A stretch of 64,000 nucleotides of DNA from Hyphomonas sp. (GCF_037969335.1 NZ_JBBKXE010000048.1:4327-68326), one strand, 5' to 3'. Positions 26,305-38,406 are shown, counted from the stretch's first letter. A program made the numbers and translations. Notes: generated from the letters alone by a model not told the origin.

Positions 26305-27809
26305 CCGAGACAGTTGCCGTCATCGGCGCAGGGATCGGCGGACTCTGCACGGCCCTCACACTGGCGCCTACGGGACGGAAAGTCATCCTGCTGGAGCGCG
26401 ATGCGTCACCGCCCAGCGATGATCCCGATACGGTGTTCCACGAATGGCGCCATACCGGTGTCGGCCAGTTGCGCCAGAGCCATGCCTTCCTCGCCCGGCT
26501 GCGCTCGATCATCAAGACCGAGCATCCCGGGCTGCTGGAAGACCTGCTGGCACTTGGCGTGCGGGAACTGCCGTTTGAAGCCATGCTGAGCGAAATGCAG
26601 CGCGAGTCTTACAAGGCCACGCCGGACGATTCAGAACTGACCATCATTACAAGCCGCCGGACAACACTCGAACTGGCGATGCGGCGCTATGTCGAAAAGC
26701 TGGAAAACGTCACGATCCGGTCCGGCTTCCTTGTACGCCGGCTGCTCACCCGGAAGGGATCTGGTGGCGTGATCGACGTGCTCGGCGTGGTTGGAGACAG
26801 CGGCGGCGATGAGGTGATGGTGAATGCCGACGTGGTTGTCGATGCGTCGGGCAAGAGCGGTTTCATTATCGACCAGGTGATGAAAGACAGCGCCAACACG
26901 TCCGAGGAACAGGAATCGGCAGGTATCCTCTACTTCACCCGCCATTACAGGCTGAAGCCGGGCATGGATGAGCCGTCGCGGACAGAGAACCCGCCAGCCA
27001 CCGGCGACCTCGGTTTCGTGAAATTCGGTGTCTTTCCCGGCGACAATGGCTGCTTCTCGATCACGCTTGCGATTCCGGAAATCGAAATGGAACTGCGCAA
27101 GGCCATCCTGGATCCTGACATTTTCCACGCCATGACGCTGCAGCTGCCCGGATTGAAACCCTGGACGAATGCAGACCGGTCCGATCCGGTTGGCCGGGTT
27201 CATGGCATGGGTGACCTGATCAGCCGGTGGCGCGAACTCGTCGTCGACGGCAAGCCCGCAACACACGGCTATTTTGCCCTTGGCGACACGCTGATCCGAA
27301 CGAACCCGCTCTATGGCCGGGGCTGTTCGTTTGCGGCCGCCAGCGCGCAGGTCTTGCGGAAAACACTCGATGAGAGTGCTGATCCGGACGCGCGGGCCCT
27401 GGCCTTCCACGAGCGTCTTCATAGCGAGTTGAAGCCCTATTACATCAACCAGCGCACACAGGACCGCTCGGCGATCAAGCGCGCCCGTCAGGCCCTGACG
27501 CCCGGCTATCGCAAGAGCCGCCGCGCCAAGCTGATGGAAAGCTTTTTCGAAGACGGTGTCGGCGTCGCGGTACGCTATGACATTGCCCTGATGCGGGAAG
27601 CGATGCGCGGGTTCCATATGCTGGAACATCCGAACAAATGGCTCGGCAGGCCGCGGAACCTCGCGAAGGTGTTCTATTACTGGATGCGGGGAAAGAAGCG
27701 CAATGCGGTTGCCTACCCGCCCAAGCCCGGCCCGGAACGGCGCGAGATGATGCAGGCATTGTCTTTGGACTTCCAGGCAGATATCGACCGTATCGCGCAG
27801 GGTGCGTGA
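26301..27809 (+). CDS. FAD-dependent oxidoreductase/monooxygenase
   Basis: GAGIGG, GVGQLRQSH, VVDASG, GD....NPLYGRG. Confidence 0.82.
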   Translation: MTETVAVIGAGIGGLCTALTLAPTGRKVILLERDASPPSDDPDTVFHEWRHTGVGQLRQSHAFLARLRSIIKTEHPGLLEDLLALGVRELPFEAMLSEMQRESYKATPDDSELTIITSRRTTLELAMRRYVEKLENVTIRSGFLVRRLLTRKGSGGVIDVLGVVGDSGGDEVMVNADVVVDASGKSGFIIDQVMKDSANTSEEQESAGILYFTRHYRLKPGMDEPSRTENPPATGDLGFVKFGVFPGDNGCFSITLAIPEIEMELRKAILDPDIFHAMTLQLPGLKPWTNADRSDPVGRVHGMGDLISRWRELVVDGKPATHGYFALGDTLIRTNPLYGRGCSFAAASAQVLRKTLDESADPDARALAFHERLHSELKPYYINQRTQDRSAIKRARQALTPGYRKSRRAKLMESFFEDGVGVAVRYDIALMREAMRGFHMLEHPNKWLGRPRNLAKVFYYWMRGKKRNAVAYPPKPGPERREMMQALSLDFQADIDRIAQGA

Positions 27810-27833
27810 TGCAGGACAGGCGGGATTCGACCG

Positions 27834-28547
27834 ATGCAGGCTGACGAGACGGGAAAGCGCGAGCTGGCGAAAGCAGAGCGTCGGTCACGGATCGTCCATG
27901 CTGCGCGCGATCTCATTCGTGAGACGGGCGATACGAATCTGTCGATGCGCATGATCGCCAAGCGGGCCGATGTCAGCTTGGCTACGCCCTACAATCTCTT
28001 CGGGTCAAAGCATGCGGTCGTTCTGGCCGTGTTTGAGGATGAGCGCGATTTCGCCGAACGCTTCAGCCGGTTGAAGGCCGCCAATGCCATTGAGCGGCTG
28101 TTCGATGCCCATGCGCTGGCGACGAGTTATTTCACGGACGATCCGGATTTCTACAGGCCGCTCTGGAGGGCCCTGCTGGATGCGCAGGGCGGCAACGAAA
28201 CGGGGCTGGCGACGCCGGAGCGCCTGGAGCAGAACCGTGAGGCCTGGCACATGCTACTGGAGGCGGCCCAACAGGAGGGCCTGCTCGACTCCGCCGTGCC
28301 TGCCGATTTGCTCGAAAGGACGCTGTCCTTCTTTGCCAATGGGGTGATGCTGTCCTGGGCGATGGGCGTGCTGCCGACCCGCGACCTGCGGCCGTCGTCA
28401 GCCCTCGGTTATGCCATGGTCCTGCGGGGGGCAGCGACCGAACAGGGCAGGGATATCCTGACGGCCCACATTGAATCATTCCAGACCATGCTGCGCCGTT
28501 CGAACGAGCCGGCCAAAGGCCGCCGCCGGGTGTCACTGAGCACCTGA
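27834..28547 (+). CDS. TetR family regulator
   Basis: HTH SMRMIAKRADVSLATPYNLFGSK. Confidence 0.9.
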   Translation: MQADETGKRELAKAERRSRIVHAARDLIRETGDTNLSMRMIAKRADVSLATPYNLFGSKHAVVLAVFEDERDFAERFSRLKAANAIERLFDAHALATSYFTDDPDFYRPLWRALLDAQGGNETGLATPERLEQNREAWHMLLEAAQQEGLLDSAVPADLLERTLSFFANGVMLSWAMGVLPTRDLRPSSALGYAMVLRGAATEQGRDILTAHIESFQTMLRRSNEPAKGRRRVSLST

Positions 28548-28772
28548 TCCGCCGATGCCTTCTGACGACTTGAAACATTCTGACGTGGACTGGGCTCTAC
28601 TCGTCCGCTTCGCGCTGTAGCCGTCTCGGACCTTTCATTCGAGAATCAGTGATGCTGGCGGGAGTGATGGCCTGACCCGTTCCGTTACAGTTTCCCCCGG
28701 GCATGCCTCAATGCCTGGACCTTGTGTGAACGATTTATCAAATTTCAGCTTCCCTTCGCGGCGTGCCCGCGA

Positions 28773-28790
28773 CTGTCATCTGCGCGTCAC
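28773..28790 (+). promoter_or_regulatory. Pho box (PhoB site)
   Basis: CTGTCAT-CTGC-GCGTCAC, 7-4-7 direct repeat upstream of TBDR-phoD. Confidence 0.6.
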
Positions 28791-28816
28791 CGACAGGCCG
28801 TAGCTGGCTCCAACAG

Positions 28817-28895
28817 CCGCACAAACCGTTCCGGACACGGGAGTCCGGGAGGCAAAACGCGTTGGTTCGGGACCAACGTGAACGGACTTGTGCGG
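28817..28895 (+). ncRNA. Candidate structured 5' leader RNA, family unknown
   Basis: Nested stems CCGCACAA/TTGTGCGG, CCGTTC/GAACGG, CGGAC/GTCCG, CGTTGGT/ACCAACG. Confidence 0.4.
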
Positions 28896-28925
28896 GCCTG
28901 GGTCACACGTATTCCACGAGGGAAA

Positions 28926-31307
28926 ATGATGAATACATATTGGAAGACCGGCCTCATGGCCGGAGTTAGCCTGAGCGTTGTGCTTGGCGCGGCATTCGCT
29001 GATGACGCTGCAGGAGCGCCTGACACGGCGAGGCAGCTGGACACGGTCATCGTGCTCGGCGCGCAGCAGACCTATTCTTCGGTCGAGTCGACGGAAGCCA
29101 TGGCGCTGCAGCAGGCGCCGGTGACGAGCATCCTGGCGCAAATCGACAACCTCCCCGGCGTGCAGGTGCAGGAAGGCGACGCTTTCGGATTCGACGACTG
29201 GTCGACCGGTGTCGCGGTGCGCGGCTTCCAGAATAATCTCGGCGAGCAACAGGTCGGCATCACGATTGACGGCATGCCGAATGGCGGGTCGAACTATGGT
29301 GGCGGCGCGAAGGCCAACCGCTATATCGACACACAGAATGCCGGCGCCATCGAAGTGTCGCAGGGTACGGCAGACATCGCCTCGCGTTCGAACGACGCGC
29401 TGGGTGGTACGCTGAACTTCACGACGCAGAATCCGCTGGACGAGCGCCGCGTGCGTGTTTCGGCCTCGCTTGGCGATTTCGACTCGCAGCGTTTCTATGG
29501 CCGTTATGACAGCGGCTTGCTGTCTGACGACAAGACCAAGTTCTGGGTCTCGCTGTCGACCCAGTCAGCGACGGATCATGTCAACCAGTCAGCCGATAAT
29601 CGGCGTGACCACATGGCGGCAAAGCTGCAGACCGAACAATTCGGCATCGACTGGACCAGCTACATTTCCTATGACGACACGCAGGAAAACAATTACCAGC
29701 GCCTGTTTTCGCCGGACCAGTTCGCGGCCAATCCAGACTCGGACGAACTGACCGGTGAGTGGACGGGCGTTCCCTATATCGACCAGCTCTATCGCCAAGC
29801 CTGGGGCACATTGCGGGAAAACCTGTTCTTCTATGTGAAGGGCGAAAAGGAACTGTTTGACGGCTTCAATCTGGAAGCCGGCCTCTATCGCCATGATAAT
29901 GCCGGCCGTGGTGACTGGGTGCCGCAATACGTGGTCAATGTCGGCCAGTTCGGCGCTTCCGCTGTTCCGCTCGTGACATTCACGGATCCCGCCGGTACGC
30001 CGCTCACGCCTGAAGCCGGTTGCGTGTCGTCAATAACTTATCCCTATGGCGGCGGTGGCTCGGAATATGATGCGGCCTGTTTCCCGGCCGGCTCCATCCC
30101 GGTCTCGTCCTACCGTCACACGCATTACCAGAAAGAGCGGACCGGCGCCTATGCCGATTTCGACTGGAACACCCAGCTCGGTGAAGCGATCGACAACACG
30201 GTCCGTGGCGGTCTCTGGTATGAAGATGCAACGCGCTACGAATATCGCGACTGGCACCAGCTGATCGATTCCCGCATCGGTGCCGATTATGACCACACGG
30301 CCTACTGGGTGCAGTATAACCGCGAGTTCCCGCAATCGACCTTCAAATGGTATCTCGAAGACGTCGTGAAAGTATCGGACTTCTCGTTCCGTCTTGGCGT
30401 CAAACAGTTCAGCAATGAAATCGAACGCGCCGACAATTTCACGCCGAACGATCCGGCCCTGAACTTCAAGGTGTCGACCGATTCCGACGTCCTGTTCTCG
30501 GGCGGTGCGGCATGGGCCCCAAGTGCCATGCCGGGCCTCGAAGTCTTCGCCGGTTATGCCGAAAACTTCAAAGCCATCCCGGATACGGTGCTCGAAGTCC
30601 TGGCGCCGGGCGGCACACCCGATCCGGAAACGTCGGAAAACATGGAAGTTGGCGTGCGCTATTCCGGGGACCGTCTTCGCGGCTCTCTCGTCTACTTCGA
30701 CTCGACCTTTGAAAACCGGTTGCTGGCCGTCGCCAACCAGACGGTTGACGGGATCGATTATCTCGAAGCGTCGAATGGCGGCTACATCAATGGCGGCGGC
30801 ATCGAGTCGAGCGGCTTTGAGGCCTCGGGCGAATTCCTCGTCAATGACAGCCTGTCACTGTTTGCGTCCTATACCAGCATCAGCGATGCCACCATTCTGG
30901 GTACGGGCGTTGTCTCGAAGGATGTTGCAACCGGGCTGACTGCAGTCGACCTCTCTGGCAACATCGTGAGCACGGTCGTCGGGAATGATGTGCCCGGGAT
31001 TGCCAAGAACATGGCCGTCCTCAGCGCGGATTACCGGGAAGGCAACTTCTATGCCGGCCTGTCGACCAAATGGGTCGATGACCGCTTCGTGGACCTGGCC
31101 AATAGCTGGACCGCAGAGAGCTATTATGACGCCGACCTCTATGCCGGCGTCTCGGGTTCGGCCCTGTCTGACGACCTGTCGAACGTTGATTTCCGCCTGA
31201 CGGTGAACAACCTGTTCGACGGTGACTGGCTGGCGGGTATTTCAGGCAACGGCGCCTGGATCTCGGCCCCGCGGACGGTCGTGTTCACGGTCACCGCTGA
31301 CTTCTAG
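28926..31307 (+). CDS. TonB-dependent receptor
   Basis: Signal peptide, TonB box DTVIV, plug (LPGV, VRGF, IDGMP, LGGTLNF), NNLFD, terminal Phe. Confidence 0.93.
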   Translation: MMNTYWKTGLMAGVSLSVVLGAAFADDAAGAPDTARQLDTVIVLGAQQTYSSVESTEAMALQQAPVTSILAQIDNLPGVQVQEGDAFGFDDWSTGVAVRGFQNNLGEQQVGITIDGMPNGGSNYGGGAKANRYIDTQNAGAIEVSQGTADIASRSNDALGGTLNFTTQNPLDERRVRVSASLGDFDSQRFYGRYDSGLLSDDKTKFWVSLSTQSATDHVNQSADNRRDHMAAKLQTEQFGIDWTSYISYDDTQENNYQRLFSPDQFAANPDSDELTGEWTGVPYIDQLYRQAWGTLRENLFFYVKGEKELFDGFNLEAGLYRHDNAGRGDWVPQYVVNVGQFGASAVPLVTFTDPAGTPLTPEAGCVSSITYPYGGGGSEYDAACFPAGSIPVSSYRHTHYQKERTGAYADFDWNTQLGEAIDNTVRGGLWYEDATRYEYRDWHQLIDSRIGADYDHTAYWVQYNREFPQSTFKWYLEDVVKVSDFSFRLGVKQFSNEIERADNFTPNDPALNFKVSTDSDVLFSGGAAWAPSAMPGLEVFAGYAENFKAIPDTVLEVLAPGGTPDPETSENMEVGVRYSGDRLRGSLVYFDSTFENRLLAVANQTVDGIDYLEASNGGYINGGGIESSGFEASGEFLVNDSLSLFASYTSISDATILGTGVVSKDVATGLTAVDLSGNIVSTVVGNDVPGIAKNMAVLSADYREGNFYAGLSTKWVDDRFVDLANSWTAESYYDADLYAGVSGSALSDDLSNVDFRLTVNNLFDGDWLAGISGNGAWISAPRTVVFTVTADF

Positions 31308-31322
31308 ACATATCGCATCCGG

Positions 31323-31353
31323 AAAAGGCGGGCCCCTGCGGGTCCGCCTTTTT
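31323..31353 (+). terminator. Rho-independent terminator
   Basis: AAAAGGCGGGCCC-CTGC-GGGTCCGCCTTTTT. Confidence 0.85.
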
Positions 31354-31408
31354 CATTTTCTTTTTCAATCTTACGACCGCAACATGCGGCCAAGCCGAGG
31401 ACACTGAC

Positions 31409-33085
31409 ATGCCCACACTGGATCGCCGACAGGCACTCGCCCTGATTGCTGCAGGAACCGTCGGGGCCTGCGCAGCACCGCAGGCATCCCCGACCACCCC
31501 GGCCAATTCGGCCACCTTTGCCCACGGTGTCGCCAGCGGCGACCCTCAGACCGAAAGCATCGTCCTGTGGACGCGCGTGACAACCACCTCCGAGGCAGAG
31601 ACGGTCAGCTGGACCCTCGCTCGCAATCCTGAATTCACGGATATCGTCCTTCAGGGCGAGACCACTGCCAGCGCCGCCGCCGACCATACAGTCAAGGTCA
31701 CCCCGGAAGGCCTTGAGCCCGGCACGACCTATTATTATCGATTCACCGCCGCCGGTGAGACCTCGTCCACCGGCCGGACGAAAACACTGCCCGCTGGCGC
31801 GCTGGACAGGCTGGGCATCGCACTCGTCTCCTGCTCGAACTATCCGTTCGGTCATTTCAACGCCTATGACGCGATAGCCCGCGATGAGGCGATAGACGTG
31901 GTCCTGCACACCGGTGACTATATCTACGAATACGGGGCTGACAGCTGGGGTGCGGAAACCGGCGCCAGCATCGGACGCCTGCATGAGCCGGCGCATGAGA
32001 TCGTCACGCTGGACGATTATCGCCGCCGCCATGCCCAGTACAAGACGGATGCCGGGTCACGCGCCATGCATGCGGCGCATCCCTTCATCGCCTGCTGGGA
32101 CGACCATGAGAGCGCGAATAACCCATGGACAGGCGGCGCGCAGAACCACCAGCCCGAAACCGAAGGTGACTGGGCAACGCGACGGGCCGCTTCGATCCGG
32201 GCGTATTACGAATGGATGCCGATCCGCGAACCGGAACCGGGCTTCAGCCGCGCGGAATTCTGGCGCACTTATGTGTTCGGCGACCTGGCAACGCTGGTAA
32301 CACTGGAATCGCGTCATACCGGGCGCGGGCAGCAGGTTGATTACAGCGTCTACTACGAGTCGATCACGACGCCGGAGGCCCGCGACGCCTTCATGCGTGA
32401 CGTGATGAACGATCCGGCGCGTACGATGATTTCACCGCGCATGGAGGCCACGCTTGCCAAAGGATTGGCGCAGTCCGTGGCGGCGGGCCAGCCCTGGCGC
32501 CTGATCGGCAATGCCAGCCCCATCGCCCGGATGCTGGTGCCGGATGTGGCCGCGCTGGGCATCGATCCGGCCAAGGCACCGAAAGGCCAGGCACCGGGCG
32601 AGGGGCCGAACCTGTTCTGGAAAGGCAAATGGAACCTGCCGTTCTATACCGATACATGGGACGGCTACCCCGCCGCGCGGGAAGCCTTCTATGCGCTGAG
32701 CCGGGAGGCTGGCGCGGAAGACCTGTTGTTCCTGACCGGTGACAGCCACAGTTTCTGGTCGAACACGGTGAGCGACGGCGAGGGGCGGCCGATGGGGCTG
32801 GAACTCGGCACGGCGGGCGTCTCCTCGCCGGGGGATTTTGTCGAATCCGGATGGGACGCTGAAACGGCCGAAAAGCTCGACCGCGTTTTCGCGCAGTCGC
32901 TCGATGAAGTGCGCTGGACCGACAATTTCCATCAGGGCTATGTCCGCGTCGTGCTGACGCGGGAGCAGGCGGATGTCGCGTTCGTGGCCGTCGATACGGT
33001 CCTGCTGCCGACCTACAGGATTACCACGGTGCGTGAAGAGACCGTCGTCAAAGACGGAAAGACGATTGTGTTTGCCGATAGCTGA
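31409..33085 (+). CDS. phoD: Alkaline phosphatase D family, Tat-exported lipoprotein
   Basis: DRRQAL...VGAC signal; HGVASGDP, HTGDYIYE, WDDHE, WDGYP, LTGDSH. Confidence 0.92.
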   Translation: MPTLDRRQALALIAAGTVGACAAPQASPTTPANSATFAHGVASGDPQTESIVLWTRVTTTSEAETVSWTLARNPEFTDIVLQGETTASAAADHTVKVTPEGLEPGTTYYYRFTAAGETSSTGRTKTLPAGALDRLGIALVSCSNYPFGHFNAYDAIARDEAIDVVLHTGDYIYEYGADSWGAETGASIGRLHEPAHEIVTLDDYRRRHAQYKTDAGSRAMHAAHPFIACWDDHESANNPWTGGAQNHQPETEGDWATRRAASIRAYYEWMPIREPEPGFSRAEFWRTYVFGDLATLVTLESRHTGRGQQVDYSVYYESITTPEARDAFMRDVMNDPARTMISPRMEATLAKGLAQSVAAGQPWRLIGNASPIARMLVPDVAALGIDPAKAPKGQAPGEGPNLFWKGKWNLPFYTDTWDGYPAAREAFYALSREAGAEDLLFLTGDSHSFWSNTVSDGEGRPMGLELGTAGVSSPGDFVESGWDAETAEKLDRVFAQSLDEVRWTDNFHQGYVRVVLTREQADVAFVAVDTVLLPTYRITTVREETVVKDGKTIVFADS

Positions 33086-33174
33086 CCGTTTCCATCGCGG
33101 ATGTCTGGGCCTAGGGTGCGTGCCTGTATTTCGAGGGTGTGCGCCGTGCATGCCGGGCATGAAAGCGACGGACC

Positions 33175-33402
33175 GTGAAGCACCATATCATGATCGCGCT
33201 CGGCCTTGTGCTGGGGCTGACCTTCGCGCTGCGGCTGGCGCGGGCCATTCTGACTCCGGGGCTTGGGATTGCCGAGGCCTACCTCGCCGGCGGGCTGGTC
33301 CTGTCTGTCTGGCTGATCATCGGCGGCCTTGCCGAATGGCGCCATGTTCGCGCCAATCGTGCGGCTGGGGACGAGACGGTCGAGGACGAAGTCGAAAGTT
33401 GA
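33175..33402 (+). CDS. Small two-TM hypothetical protein
   Basis: Two hydrophobic segments; fills the intergenic gap. Confidence 0.5.
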   Translation: MKHHIMIALGLVLGLTFALRLARAILTPGLGIAEAYLAGGLVLSVWLIIGGLAEWRHVRANRAAGDETVEDEVES

Positions 33403-33485
33403 TCTGTTCATCTGCTTCGTGGCAGTGCAGCGTGTAGCGCGCGGGTATCATCGCGTGACAAGAACACGGCTATGGGAGGACGAAC

Positions 33486-33752
33486 ATGTCGAAAGATGCG
33501 GCTGAAATAGACGGGAAGGGCTATTGGCGGGCGGTGCTCCGCCTGACGCTGTCTTTGCTCACGATCTGGTTCATGGTCTCGTTCGGCGCGGGCATCCTGT
33601 TTCGCGACGTCCTGGACCAGGTATCGATCGGCGGTGCGCCGCTGGGGTTCTGGTTTGCCCAGAACGGTTCGATCTATGTCTTCGTAGCGCTGATTTTCTA
33701 TTATTGCGTGGCGATGCGCCGACTTGAACGCAAATTCGGCGTGAAGGGGTGA
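33486..33752 (+). CDS. DUF4212 small membrane protein (symporter accessory)
   Basis: YW...L...L.IWF.VSFG, PLGFWFAQNGS; GGAGG SD. Confidence 0.88.
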   Translation: MSKDAAEIDGKGYWRAVLRLTLSLLTIWFMVSFGAGILFRDVLDQVSIGGAPLGFWFAQNGSIYVFVALIFYYCVAMRRLERKFGVKG

Positions 33753-35545
33753 GCGCGATGTCACAGGAAATGTGGACCTATATTTTCGTCGCCGGGACGT
33801 TCGCCATCTATATCGGCATCGCGATCTGGGCGCGGGCCGCATCGACCGACGATTTCTACGTAGCAGGCCATGACGTTCATCCGATGGTCAACGGGATGGC
33901 CACGGCAGCGGACTGGATGTCGGCGGCCTCCTTCCTGTCAATGGCGGGCCTGATTGCCTTCATGGGCTATGGCGGCTCGGTCTACCTGATGGGGTGGACG
34001 GGCGGCTATGTGCTCTTGGCGCTGTTGCTGGCGCCATTCCTGCGCGAATTCGGCAAGTTCACCGTGCCGGACTTTGTCGGCGACCGGTATTATTCGACGA
34101 CCGCGCGGATGATCGCCGTCATCTGCGCCCTGTTCGTCTCGTTCACCTATATTGCGGGACAGATGAAGGGCGTCGGCGTTGCCTTTTCCGGCTTCCTCGG
34201 GGTCGAGTTCAATACCGGCATCTATGTCGGCATGGGCATCGTCTTCGTCTACGCCGTGCTGGGCGGCATGAAGGGCATCACGTACACGCAGGTGGCCCAG
34301 TATTGCGTGCTGATCTTCGCCTATACGGTGCCTGCGATCTTCATCTCGCTGATCATCACCGGTAATCCGATCCCGCAGCTCGGTTTCATCTCCGATGTGA
34401 AGGGCGAGGACGTGTCGATGCTGGCCAAGCTGAACCAGGTCGTCACCGATCTCGGATTCAAGGAATATACGAGCACCGAAAAGTCCATGTTCGATATGTT
34501 CGCCATAACGGGCGCACTGATGTTCGGCACGGCGGGCTTGCCGCACGTGATCATCCGGTTTTTCACTGTATCCAGTGCCGGTGCGGCGCGCGTCTCGGCG
34601 GGCTGGGCGCTGGTCTTCATCGCGCTCCTGTATACGACGGCGCCGGCAGTGGCGGGCTTCGCGCGGCTCAACTTCATCGATACGGTGAACGAGTCGACCT
34701 ATGTCGAAAGCCTCGACAATTACGACGCCGAGGCGGCGGCGATTGTTGCGGCTGGCGGCAAACCCATTCCGAAATGGTTCAAGGACTGGGAGAAAACGGG
34801 CCTGCTGGCCGTCGAAGACAAGAATGGCGATGGCAGGGTCCAGTACCGAGCCGGGACCGACAATGAAGTCACCAAACTCGACCGGGATATTTTCGTGCTC
34901 GCCAATCCGTCGATTGCCAACCTGCCGGGCTGGGTGATCGGCCTCGTTGTTGCGGGTGGCCTTGCGGCGGCCCTGTCGACGGCAGCGGGACTGCTGATGG
35001 TGATCTCGTCATCGATCTCGCATGACCTGTGCCGGCGCACCCTGTTCAAGGACATGGATGACAAGACCGAGCTGCGGGTGGCGCGCCTTGCGGCGGCGGG
35101 GGCTGTGGTCGCGGCGGGTTTCATGGGCATCTATTCGGCCCAGCTGGCCTTCGTGGCGCAGGTCGTGGCCTTTGCCTTCGGGTTGGCGGCGGCGTCCCTG
35201 TTCCCGGTGATCTTCCTTGGCATCTTCTGGAAGCGGATGAACCGGGAAGGGGCGATTGCCTCGATGCTCACAGGCCTTGTGCCAACCTTCGCCTATATCT
35301 GGCACTTCAAGATCGGGGCGGGGAAGGCAGCGGGAGCTGCTGACTGGTTCCTGGGCGTCTCGCCGGAGGGGATCGGCTTCGTCTTCATGTTCGTGTCGCT
35401 CGCCGTCGGCATTGCCGTGTCGCTGGCCACCAAGGCACCGCCGCAGGATATCCAGGACCTTGTCGAGGATATCAGGGTGCCGGGAACGCGGCGGTCGCAT
35501 GGTATCGCGGACAGTGGCATGGCCCCGGTGGCTGACCACACGTAA
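33749..35545 (+). CDS. Sodium:solute symporter, ActP-like
   Basis: NGMATAADWMSAASF, KFTVPDF, GTAGLPHV, AAALSTAAGL. Confidence 0.9.
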   Translation: MSAMSQEMWTYIFVAGTFAIYIGIAIWARAASTDDFYVAGHDVHPMVNGMATAADWMSAASFLSMAGLIAFMGYGGSVYLMGWTGGYVLLALLLAPFLREFGKFTVPDFVGDRYYSTTARMIAVICALFVSFTYIAGQMKGVGVAFSGFLGVEFNTGIYVGMGIVFVYAVLGGMKGITYTQVAQYCVLIFAYTVPAIFISLIITGNPIPQLGFISDVKGEDVSMLAKLNQVVTDLGFKEYTSTEKSMFDMFAITGALMFGTAGLPHVIIRFFTVSSAGAARVSAGWALVFIALLYTTAPAVAGFARLNFIDTVNESTYVESLDNYDAEAAAIVAAGGKPIPKWFKDWEKTGLLAVEDKNGDGRVQYRAGTDNEVTKLDRDIFVLANPSIANLPGWVIGLVVAGGLAAALSTAAGLLMVISSSISHDLCRRTLFKDMDDKTELRVARLAAAGAVVAAGFMGIYSAQLAFVAQVVAFAFGLAAASLFPVIFLGIFWKRMNREGAIASMLTGLVPTFAYIWHFKIGAGKAAGAADWFLGVSPEGIGFVFMFVSLAVGIAVSLATKAPPQDIQDLVEDIRVPGTRRSHGIADSGMAPVADHT

Positions 35546-35576
35546 GAACGCACGGATTGAAAAAGGAGCAGGCCGC

Positions 35577-36377
35577 ATGAACAAGCACGAGCAGGAGGCC
35601 GCCTATCGCCTGGCGGCGCTGGACCAGGATTTCATCCTCGGCGATTCCATGCGCGGTGCGCGCTTCATGATGGAATATACCAAGGCCGAGCAGCACTTGC
35701 GGGTGCAGAAAATCCTGTCGACGATTGTTGTGTTCGGCAGCGCCCGCGTACGTGAGGATGGCAATGAATGGCAGGCGCGGGTCTATGCGGCGGCGCGCGA
35801 GTTTGGCCGGTTGGCTTCGGCGCGCGGCGGGGCGCTGGCCGAGAATGACGGCTGGCGCACAAATGTGATCGCCACGGGTGGCGGACCGGGTGTGATGGAA
35901 GCCGCCAATCGCGGCGCACAGGACGCGGGCGCAGTGACGATCGGCTTCAACATTGCCCTGCCGTTCGAGCAGGAGCCGAACCCCTATATCACGCCGGACC
36001 TGTGCCTTCAGTTTCACTATTTCGCCATGCGCAAGATGCACCTTGCGATGCGGGCGCGGGCTTTGGTTGTCTTTCCGGGCGGGTTCGGCACGCTGGACGA
36101 ATTGTTCGAACTGCTGACGCTGAACCAGACCGGCAAGTCTCCGAAGATGCCGGTCGTGCTGTATGACCGGGCATTCTGGAACAAGATCGTGAATTTCGAG
36201 GCGCTTGTCGACGCGGGCGTGATCGCCGAGACGGACCTTGCGCGCTTCGACTTTGCCGATGATGCCGAGGAGGCCTGGGAAAGCCTCCTGTCGCAGGGGC
36301 TCTCGACGAATGAAGAGACAGAGAGTGGGGCCGAGATTGCGGTCCTGTCTGGCTGGGAACCGTCAGGCATGATGTGA
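35577..36377 (+). CDS. LOG family nucleotide phosphoribohydrolase
   Basis: VFGSAR, TGGGPGVMEA, EQEPN, YFAMRK, PGGFGTLDE; AGGAG SD before ATG 35577. Confidence 0.9.
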   Translation: MNKHEQEAAYRLAALDQDFILGDSMRGARFMMEYTKAEQHLRVQKILSTIVVFGSARVREDGNEWQARVYAAAREFGRLASARGGALAENDGWRTNVIATGGGPGVMEAANRGAQDAGAVTIGFNIALPFEQEPNPYITPDLCLQFHYFAMRKMHLAMRARALVVFPGGFGTLDELFELLTLNQTGKSPKMPVVLYDRAFWNKIVNFEALVDAGVIAETDLARFDFADDAEEAWESLLSQGLSTNEETESGAEIAVLSGWEPSGMM

Positions 36378-36559
36378 TGCGCTCTCCTTTGGCGCCGGGG
36401 CCGGAAGAGACAGCGCGTCAGGTTCCGCAAGGGAATAGATTTGCAGGGGGGAATAGTCGGGTAAACTCGCCACAGAGAGAGACTTCGCACCGTGCGACGG
36501 TCTCCGCAATTTCACGGGCCGAAGATGTCCGGAAATGCAGTCAATGGGAGTGACGCGCT

Positions 36560-38365
<1,806 letters not shown>

Positions 38366-38406
38366 ACCCACGCGCACACTGGCTGGCAAGAGACGAGGAC
38401 TGCGTC

